Shown here one piece after another: positions 57,263 to 64,000 of a stretch of 64,000 bases of DNA (positions within the stretch are counted from its first letter, which is position 1; each line of letters begins with the position of its first letter). The position numbers and the translations under genes are program-made. The notes below the pieces were generated by a model. The model saw only the letters and a list, made by a program, of their open reading frames with translations. It was not told the DNA's origin and did no database searches. Source of the stretch: Candidatus Heimdallarchaeota archaeon (GTDB lineage: Archaea > Asgardarchaeota > Heimdallarchaeia > Heimdallarchaeales > Heimdallarchaeaceae); NCBI GenBank assembly GCA_030668825.1, contig DAOVET010000002.1, positions 2,571 to 66,570 on the forward strand, in the 5' to 3' direction.

Positions 57263-57550
57263 CTAAGCCAAAGCAATAATTCTTTCTTTACTTAGAGTTA
57301 TTAAATCCTTCAAATTGTTGTCCATTTCAGGGTTGAGTCCTATTAATGAAGATCTCATATCCTCGAAATTAGCACGGTTTACAAGTACAGTTCTTTCTAG
57401 TAACTGTCTAACGGTATATCTAATTGCTCGTGGTTTGGTTTCCTTCAAACTGTCAATTATCTCTTTTTGTGTTAATGCTCCCTTATTCCCTAATAAGTCA
57501 ATCACTTCGATTGATCCTTTTGGTAGTTTTTCCCTTTTCATTGTAATCAC
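57263..57550 (-). CDS. small winged-helix transcriptional regulator (MarR/TrmB-like, 95 aa)
   Basis: 'GALTQKEIIDSLKETKPRAIRYTVRQLLERTVL' is a wHTH-like pattern. Confidence 0.4.
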   Translation of the reverse strand: MITMKREKLPKGSIEVIDLLGNKGALTQKEIIDSLKETKPRAIRYTVRQLLERTVLVNRANFEDMRSSLIGLNPEMDNNLKDLITLSKERIIALA

Positions 57551-57623
57551 TTTTGAGGCGGTGTGTAAATTTTATCCACATGTGTATATATTTTGCACAG
57601 TATATAAACCTTTCGTAAAACGC

Positions 57624-57641
57624 TGTGCAAAGGCTTGCACA
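57624..57641. promoter_or_regulatory. inverted repeat TGTGCAA-AGGC-TTGCACA upstream of the wHTH regulator gene, plus an extra TGCACA half-site at 57594-57599
   Basis: Perfect 7-bp arms read from the sequence. 'TATATAA' TATA-like element between the half-sites (57601-57607). Confidence 0.3.
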
Positions 57642-57667
57642 CACGAAATGAGAAAAAAAATATGGAT

Positions 57668-60580
57668 TTATGTCGTTATTTTTCGGAATCTGAATCTGAT
57701 AACAGGAACCATAGCTAAAGAGACAAACAAAATAGCTATAACCCAATTAGTAATAGATCTAATTGTACTCAATTGATCCCAAAACTGAACATTATTTAAG
57801 ATTTCAAATCTTCCATCTGAGGGAGTATAATCTGTGAATTTTAGCGGAATATATAAAATATTCAATCCATACTCCTCTAGCGTAAAAGTAATTTCATATT
57901 GACTCGATGTTGAATTATAGACTAGTTCAAGATTTTCAAATACTAAATTTGGGTACATTAGAGTTGCATTCAATTTGTTATTTCCACTTACATAGAAACT
58001 TCCATTCTTGAATCTGATTTGAACACCAACAGATACTGGTTTTCGGATGAATGTTTCCTCTGGAGTACTTTTTATTATGTACTCTGGTCTATGAGTATCA
58101 ATAAGCCAATTGAATGTTTCATTCACTAATTGAGAGTTTTTATCATCCAAACCAAAAATATCTTTGAATGAATAATCTAATCCAGCTCTTGAAGGGTTAC
58201 TTTCGTAGGAATCTGGTAACAAACCATGATCTGTAAATGGGTATCCTGAACCAAAAACCATTACTCTTCCGTTGTGATATTCCTTTGCTATTGCAGCATT
58301 AAAAGTATATTTTTCACTGTCTATAACAGTCTCAAATGTCGCTATAACGGTGTTGTTTTCGTTTGGATTATCCGAGAAAAAGACCGGTCTTCCCCAAAAC
58401 ATAAAAGAATCTACATCAAAATTTTCTGTTTCAATAATTTGTGCTTCATAGGGAACATAAGTAATAGGTATTGATTGTCCTACACTCATATTGAACTGTT
58501 CTAGTAATTCATCACATGCATAATAATTGCTTGAAATTAATGGTTCATTATCTATAGATTTAGCATCAATAAATCTAATACTGTCAATCAAAAATAGTAG
58601 GGAACCACCACTAGTAACAAAATCTTGGATATCATCTAACTCCTCTGAAGTAAAATTAAATTCAGGATCTGAGATGACTAGAATATCAATATTTGTAAAA
58701 GAGTAGTTTCCTTGATAATGATTGCGTATACGAAAACCTCTATCTTTCAAAATTCGAGTAAGATAATTGTGTGTCCCCACTGATGAAGATGCATCAAACC
58801 ATCTGTTTTCTGTATCATTTTCATGAGAGTTATCGAATAGAACTGTCCCACCTAAATATCTTGTTTGAATTGAAATACTCATGGTTATAATAATTCCATC
58901 AGTATTCTCAAACAAAATTCCTGCGGTAATAGTTCTTATAGGTGTGTTTAGAGGAATTGAGATGTTAAATGCGAAGTGATTCCAACCTATAGAGACATCT
59001 ATTTGATTTGATAATTCAATGAATTGCGAATCTCCTGTGAGAGTTGTACTAATTTGTCCATCAAAAGATGAGATTAGTTTAATGATAAATTCAGAAGTTT
59101 CCCCCTCTACACATGAGTAAAAATACTCATTCACTGGAGAAATTCGCTTTGGTAATATTGTAAAAAGTCCAAGAGTTTCATAAGAATCTAAGTAATAATA
59201 AGCTGCTAAAGGATTAACCATACCATTTCCTTGGTAAATAATTGGGAAATTCATATCATCTGCGGTTTCTAAAATTGCTGCTTCATATTTATGAACTCCA
59301 AGACCTGGGAAAGCGTCTATTAATAAAGCAAAAACGCCACTAACAATAGGTGCAGCAACAGAAGTTCCTGAAACCCATCTTGAACCACCAGTTGAAGCAT
59401 CACTTCCTTGAATGGCAATACCTGGAGCTAATATGTCTATTCCAACAGAAAAGTTGCGATTCAAACCTTTTGATGTAAATATTGCGAGATTATCCATATA
59501 TTCAGATGCACCAACAGAAATAACATGATCCCAGATTGCAGGAGCACCAATAGAAGCTCCTGAAGGACCATAGTTACCAGCAGAAGCAATTACGGGAATA
59601 TCTAGTTCTGCTGCTTCATAAATTAGTTCTTCAATTGGATCACCCATTTCAGCAAAAGTAACAGATGTTAAACTAGCTGAAATCAAATCAGGATTCTGTT
59701 GGATTGCTTCGTCAAAACCTATTATTAACCATTCATCTTTTCCATATCCAGTTTTATCAAGAACTTTAATGTTGATTAATTGAGCATCAGGTGCAATTCC
59801 ATAATCGTCTGTTAGTTCTATAGTACCATCTTCATTTCTATATTTTCCATTTCCCGCTAAAACTGAAGCAATATGGGTTCCGTGACCTGAAAGATCGTCT
59901 GAGTCTTCAAAAGCTGGAATTAAGTTCAGATCAATTACGATTTTAGGTTCATCATAGTTTCTTAAACTGTTTAAAGCTGGTGCTACAGATGCATTTAAGC
60001 CACTATCCAATAATGCAATACGAACTCCATATCCTGTCACTCCAGCTTCATGTATTGCATCTATTTCTAGAGCTTGACGAAGAACACTAAGATCCATCAA
60101 TCCTGAGATATCCATATCAACATTCTGAGGAATCTGAAAATCATATGTTCCAATTGGATATACATATTTCACTCTTAGGTTATTGAATCCCAATTGTTGT
60201 AAGGTTTCTTCAGTATATATAATTGATACAGCAGGAATTGATTTGAAAGTTCTTTCAATTAATGTACCGCTTTTCATGGTATTTTCAATGAACATATCCC
60301 TTTCATCAAATGAGAAAAATGATATCATTGCTCTTCCGTCAAATTTCATCAAGTCTTTGTAAATTTGGTTCTGTTCCATAGGAAATTTCCATCGTTGATC
60401 CTCGAGGATATTACTAGCTTTTATTATAGAGAAACTAGTCTCATCCGAACTCGTACTTGAATTGAGTACTGTCGAGGGATTCATCTGATAACCCGTTAGA
60501 GATGCATCTGTTTGAAATAACATGGGTAAGGGAAGAATAAGAAATGAAACTAGAAAAATGATGAATGGTTTATTTCTCAT
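57668..60580 (-). CDS. subtilisin-like serine protease (S8 family) with long C-terminal extension and TM plus basic anchor
   Basis: Asp 'GVRIALLDSGLN', His 'SGHGTHIASVLAGNG', Asn 'SAGNYGP', Ser 'GTSVAAPIVSGVFALL'. Signal peptide. C-terminus 'WVIAILFVSLAMVPVIRFRFRKITT'. Confidence 0.85.
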   Translation of the reverse strand: MRNKPFIIFLVSFLILPLPMLFQTDASLTGYQMNPSTVLNSSTSSDETSFSIIKASNILEDQRWKFPMEQNQIYKDLMKFDGRAMISFFSFDERDMFIENTMKSGTLIERTFKSIPAVSIIYTEETLQQLGFNNLRVKYVYPIGTYDFQIPQNVDMDISGLMDLSVLRQALEIDAIHEAGVTGYGVRIALLDSGLNASVAPALNSLRNYDEPKIVIDLNLIPAFEDSDDLSGHGTHIASVLAGNGKYRNEDGTIELTDDYGIAPDAQLINIKVLDKTGYGKDEWLIIGFDEAIQQNPDLISASLTSVTFAEMGDPIEELIYEAAELDIPVIASAGNYGPSGASIGAPAIWDHVISVGASEYMDNLAIFTSKGLNRNFSVGIDILAPGIAIQGSDASTGGSRWVSGTSVAAPIVSGVFALLIDAFPGLGVHKYEAAILETADDMNFPIIYQGNGMVNPLAAYYYLDSYETLGLFTILPKRISPVNEYFYSCVEGETSEFIIKLISSFDGQISTTLTGDSQFIELSNQIDVSIGWNHFAFNISIPLNTPIRTITAGILFENTDGIIITMSISIQTRYLGGTVLFDNSHENDTENRWFDASSSVGTHNYLTRILKDRGFRIRNHYQGNYSFTNIDILVISDPEFNFTSEELDDIQDFVTSGGSLLFLIDSIRFIDAKSIDNEPLISSNYYACDELLEQFNMSVGQSIPITYVPYEAQIIETENFDVDSFMFWGRPVFFSDNPNENNTVIATFETVIDSEKYTFNAAIAKEYHNGRVMVFGSGYPFTDHGLLPDSYESNPSRAGLDYSFKDIFGLDDKNSQLVNETFNWLIDTHRPEYIIKSTPEETFIRKPVSVGVQIRFKNGSFYVSGNNKLNATLMYPNLVFENLELVYNSTSSQYEITFTLEEYGLNILYIPLKFTDYTPSDGRFEILNNVQFWDQLSTIRSITNWVIAILFVSLAMVPVIRFRFRKITT

Positions 60581-60748
60581 AGGTATAGAATGGTGTTGTG
60601 ACTTTTAGATTTTTCCCTAGTATTAATGGAATACTTCTCATTTTTATTGGAATATCAAATTGTCACAAACTGGATATCTTCTAATAACTTTAAAATGGAA
60701 AGTCTTATATTTGAACAATTTGGATGAGTTCCAAGGTGAAATAACACT

Positions 60749-61144
60749 ATGCCATATCAGTGGTTAAAACGCTCACGAAGAAAACTATCAGGTGGTCTTA
60801 TCCGAAGAGCAGCTTCAAAGAAGAAAAGAGATATGGGTAGATATCCAGCTGAAACCCAACTTGGTTCAAGAGTACTCAAACCAATTAGAACACGTGGTGG
60901 AAATCTCAAATATCGAACTCTAGTAGAGGAACATGCTAATGTTATAGACCAATCAACAGGTATCACACAGAAAGTCAAAATACTTAATGTTCTTGAAAAC
61001 AAGGCAAACCGTGAATACGCAAGAAGAAGAATTATTACTAAAGGTTGTGTTTTAGATACAGAAATAGGTAAAGCAATAGTTACAAGCAGACCTGGCCAAC
61101 ATGGTAATATCAATTGCATATTGATAGAACGTAAGGAAGAATAG
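60749..61144 (+). CDS. rps8e: ribosomal protein S8e
   Basis: 'QWLKRSRRKLSGG' N-terminus and 'RTRGGNLKYR' as in S8e. Confidence 0.85.
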   Translation: MPYQWLKRSRRKLSGGLIRRAASKKKRDMGRYPAETQLGSRVLKPIRTRGGNLKYRTLVEEHANVIDQSTGITQKVKILNVLENKANREYARRRIITKGCVLDTEIGKAIVTSRPGQHGNINCILIERKEE

Positions 61145-61189
61145 TAAATCTTCCAAATATTTTAATAACAATTCGAATAAGGCTATATT

Positions 61190-61528
61190 ATGTTGCGCAA
61201 AAAGCGTTATTTTGTTCTCTACCCAGAATATTTCAATAAACAACTTACACGTAAACAGGGTAGAAAAGTTTCTAAGAATAAAGCAGTAGATCAATGCAAT
61301 TTATCAAAAATAGTTTATGCATGTAAGTATCTAGAGCTGGAATATGAAGTTGAAAAAGACAAAAAATATTCTAAAAATAAGTGGGAGAGCGAAGGTAGAG
61401 TCATTGTTAATCCCGAAGGAATAACAAGCAAAACCGAGTTGATTAGAAGAGTAGCAAATGTATCTAGAAAACTCAAAAAAGTTGAAAAGTCTGGCGATTC
61501 AAAGAAACAAAAATCCAGATCCAAATAA
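61190..61528 (+). CDS. srp19: signal recognition particle protein SRP19
   Basis: 'YPEYFNKQLTRKQGRKVSKNKAV...LELEYEVEKDKKY' matches the SRP19 pattern (YPaY.d...sR.eGRRVpK...V..P....i......L.l...vE.dK.YP). Confidence 0.75.
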   Translation: MLRKKRYFVLYPEYFNKQLTRKQGRKVSKNKAVDQCNLSKIVYACKYLELEYEVEKDKKYSKNKWESEGRVIVNPEGITSKTELIRRVANVSRKLKKVEKSGDSKKQKSRSK

Positions 61529-61583
61529 ATTAAAGAGTTTGATTAAATTGGAGCGAGATAGAATAAAGAAGCTTGGTACTATA

Positions 61584-61868
61584 ATGTTCTTTAGTGATCT
61601 AGGAAATGCAATACTAAAAAATCCCCCAAAACTTCCCAAAATTGGTTCTAATGTTGTCACTGAAAGAATGGAACATATTGGGAAAATTGTGGACATTTTT
61701 GGACCGGTTAAATGCCCTTATGTAAGCATTAAAATCAAGCCCCAATATAAGGAATCATTTAATGTTAATACTTTGCTTTATGTGATTGAGCGAAAACCTT
61801 CTAATGTAAGGCAGAGAAAAAAATCATATTCGTCGAAGTATAACAAGACAGTAAAAAGAAAAAGTTAA
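61584..61868 (+). CDS. gar1: H/ACA RNP protein Gar1
   Basis: 'KLPKIGSNVVTERMEHIGKIVDIFGPVKCPYVSIK' matches the Gar1 core (PpiGskVvdE.g..iGkVvDVFGPV..PY..VK). Start chosen at the internal ATG 61584 after the srp19 stop. Basic C-terminal tail. Confidence 0.7.
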   Translation: MFFSDLGNAILKNPPKLPKIGSNVVTERMEHIGKIVDIFGPVKCPYVSIKIKPQYKESFNVNTLLYVIERKPSNVRQRKKSYSSKYNKTVKRKS

Positions 61869-62069
61869 AAATACTTCACTTTCCCCATTATTGTCGCTAT
61901 AATTAAATTTATTAGAATTTTTAATTTTTTCAGAAATTTTTAAAAAAACTTGAACTGTGTTAAAACTTAAATATGCTGATGGAGAATGTATAACAAGAAG
62001 ATAAGATTGTTGTTTGGGTACTTCGATATCAAAATGGATAGTGAAGGGATTCGATAACTTTCAGCTGGT

Positions 62070-62534
62070 GTGAAGAGAATGATGCCTGTTCAAAGAATTA
62101 AGGTGGAGAAAAATTATAGTATTGCCCTTGGGGATGAAATAATCGAGTTGATTGACAGAACTCAGAATAAAAATTTGCTCTACAGAGAAGTGTTAGATAT
62201 CCTTGGTGGTCATGAGACTATCATTCGCAAATTAGATGAACTTCTTTATTCAAATAAAATTTTAAAAGTCCCTGTTACAGAAGGTAATGTTAAAGACTAT
62301 GTTTTAACAATTCCAAAGAAAAAAGAAACTGGCTGGATAACTATGGTCTGTCCTTGCTTTATTTGTGATAGGATAAGCGAATGTGCAATTAATAATCCAG
62401 TAAATCCTGTATCTTGCAGACTTTACAATGAATGGTTAATTGAAGAAGATGAATCAAAGGAGATACAATCTTACAGATTCATTGAATATGATATCCTGGA
62501 TGAAGACGATAGAGTGCGTATACCCTTGAAGTAA
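62070..62534 (+). CDS. winged-helix plus Cys-cluster protein (possibly TFE-beta/RPC34-like)
   Basis: 'VCPCFICDRISECAINNPVNPVSCRLY' Cys cluster after a WH-like region. The assignment is tentative. Confidence 0.3.
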   Translation: MKRMMPVQRIKVEKNYSIALGDEIIELIDRTQNKNLLYREVLDILGGHETIIRKLDELLYSNKILKVPVTEGNVKDYVLTIPKKKETGWITMVCPCFICDRISECAINNPVNPVSCRLYNEWLIEEDESKEIQSYRFIEYDILDEDDRVRIPLK

Positions 62535-62594
62535 TAAATAAAAGGACACAATTCTTATCAATAATGATTTTTAAAATGACTCAAATAAATCTAT

Positions 62595-63191
62595 GTGATT
62601 ACTTTGAGTGATGATCCTTATACAAGAAAAGCAAGAGTAAGTGGTTTTAGATCACGAGCTTCTTACAAGCTTTTTGAAATAAACGACAAATTTAATATTT
62701 TCAAAAAGGGTCAGCAAATTGTAGATTTAGGTGCTTCTCCTGGTGGGTGGTCACAAGTAGCTTCTAGAAAAATTGGAAGCAATGGTTTGGTAATTGCAAT
62801 AGATAAAGCATATATTCAAGAATTTAAAGAGAAGAACATAACCATCCTTTTTCAGGATATTTTTAGAAAAGACCTAGCCACATTTCTCCTAGAGAACTTT
62901 GGAAAATCAGATGTTTTAATCTCTGATTGTGCCCCAAATATCTCAGGGAATTATGATATGGACCATTCTATACAATCCATGCTTGCACATAGAGCACTAG
63001 AACTTGCATCCAATGTATTATACATGGGAGGATCTTTTGTCTGCAAGATATTCCAGGGGAGTGAAACACAGGAATTTGTAAAGAATGTTAAAGAACTCTT
63101 CAATGTAGTAAAATTATTCAAGCCAAAATCCTCAAGGAAACAGAGTTCGGAAATATACTTGATAGCTAAAGACTTCAAATCAGAATCATAA
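62595..63191 (+). CDS. rlmE: rRNA 2'-O-methyltransferase RlmE/FtsJ
   Basis: 'FRSRASYKLFEINDKF...VVDLGASPGGWSQVA' and 'DVLISDCAPNISGN' FtsJ motifs. GTG start. Confidence 0.85.
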   Translation: MITLSDDPYTRKARVSGFRSRASYKLFEINDKFNIFKKGQQIVDLGASPGGWSQVASRKIGSNGLVIAIDKAYIQEFKEKNITILFQDIFRKDLATFLLENFGKSDVLISDCAPNISGNYDMDHSIQSMLAHRALELASNVLYMGGSFVCKIFQGSETQEFVKNVKELFNVVKLFKPKSSRKQSSEIYLIAKDFKSES

Positions 63192-63212
63192 GTTGTGTAT
63201 TGGGGTGATTCA

Positions 63213-64000
63213 ATGACAACAGGTAGTTGGAAGAAAGTCAAAGAAGGAAATACAGAATTAGAAATAATTAAAGACGCTGAAAGAATATATGATGCTTCAG
63301 TATTCTATAATCCTAAAATGACAGTAAATAGAGATTTTACCCTTCTTATGCTAGAAACAATTTCCAGAAAACAAGGAAAGCCACTAACTTTTGTAGATGC
63401 TTTAGCTGGAACTGGGATTCGTAGTTTCAGGATATTAAAGGAATTAAGCTCTTCAACAATCAATCAAGTGATTATTAACGATAAAAATCCTAAAGCTATT
63501 GAGATAATTTCTAAAAATGCATTATTACTTGAAAACAAAGAGAAATTTGAGATAATTCACTCAGATGCTTCAGATTTACTTTATAAAATTATACAACAGA
63601 AGCGATCAATAGATGTAATAGATATAGATCCATTTGGTTCTCCAATAAAATTCTTTGAAACATCGTTATATGCTCTCAAAAGAAATTCCGGGTATCTATT
63701 TGCAACAGCGACAGATCTACAAGTTCTATGTGGAAAGTATTCAGAAGCATGTTTAAGAATCTACAATTCTTATCCAACACGCCACTATTTATGTCATGAA
63801 GTTGCGTTAAGAATTCTACTATACAATGTAATCATTAGTGCTGGAAGACTTGGTCTTGAAATGAAGCCAATATTAAGTTTCCATCATGAGCATTTCTTGA
63901 GAATTAAAGTAAAAGTAGAGAAAAGCAAAGAAGCTGCTAATAGTCAGCATCAGCAAATCGGTTTACTATCTTTTTGTTCTCAATGTTCTTACTATAGAAC
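63213..64000 (+). CDS. trm1: tRNA (guanine26-N2)-dimethyltransferase Trm1, 3'-partial at the window edge
   Basis: 'VFYNPKMTVNRDFTLLMLE...FVDALAGTGIRSFRILKE' are Trm1 N-terminal motifs. The ORF runs to the end of the window. Confidence 0.8.
   Translation, partial: MTTGSWKKVKEGNTELEIIKDAERIYDASVFYNPKMTVNRDFTLLMLETISRKQGKPLTFVDALAGTGIRSFRILKELSSSTINQVIINDKNPKAIEIISKNALLLENKEKFEIIHSDASDLLYKIIQQKRSIDVIDIDPFGSPIKFFETSLYALKRNSGYLFATATDLQVLCGKYSEACLRIYNSYPTRHYLCHEVALRILLYNVIISAGRLGLEMKPILSFHHEHFLRIKVKVEKSKEAANSQHQQIGLLSFCSQCSYYR

Noticed and set aside
61960-62066. Possible C/D box sRNA upstream of the 62070 gene (TGATGG ... CTG)
   Set aside because: The boxes are imperfect (no exact RUGAUGA or CUGA) and the spacing is about 90 nt, too long for an archaeal C/D sRNA. 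It could not be supported.
1-64000. CRISPR array or cas genes
   Set aside because: No run of regularly spaced direct repeats (24-40 nt) was seen anywhere. The only repeat-rich region (42700-43020) consists of short inverted hairpins without a constant repeat or spacer periodicity.
1-64000. Transposase or IS element, or integrase with catalytic domain
   Set aside because: No DDE transposase or tyrosine/serine recombinase catalytic motifs were recognised. Only the orphan 'recombinase' domain at 50923-51729 was seen.

Overview
This is a low-GC (about 31-33%) archaeal chromosomal segment, densely coded on both strands, with poly-T terminators and GGAGG ribosome-binding sites. Most of it is housekeeping and informational: a PfkB-family kinase (5'-partial), Cgi121, AMP/thymidine phosphorylase, a GH57 enzyme, GalT, phosphoglycerate kinase, Elp3, ribosomal proteins S30e and S8e, the fibrillarin-Nop5 pair, SRP19, Gar1, RlmE/FtsJ and Trm1 (3'-partial). 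Five things stand out against that background. (1) A translationally coupled smc-scpA-scpB operon that ends in a fourth, Cys-rich zinc-finger gene; its SMC is unusually short at 996 aa. (2) Many secreted proteins share a C-terminal TM helix plus Lys/Arg tail anchor, including a candidate S-layer glycoprotein, an S8 subtilase, a parallel beta-helix protein and an ABC solute-binding protein. (3) An ABC permease carries an N-terminal LVIVD beta-propeller. (4) A FixC-FixX-SCP2 operon sits next to a P1B heavy-metal ATPase. (5) An accessory-looking stretch at about 42.5-52.2 kb contains a GC-rich hairpin-dense noncoding island (candidate structured RNA), a 725-aa protein with an Hjc-like PD-(D/E)xK core, a 5'-truncated ABC ATPase pseudogene, clustered surface proteins, and a polyacidic protein that keeps only the 'recombinase' domain of a large serine recombinase. 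I recognised no CRISPR array, tRNA, rRNA or intact transposase. All functional calls come from motif recognition by eye, with no database search.
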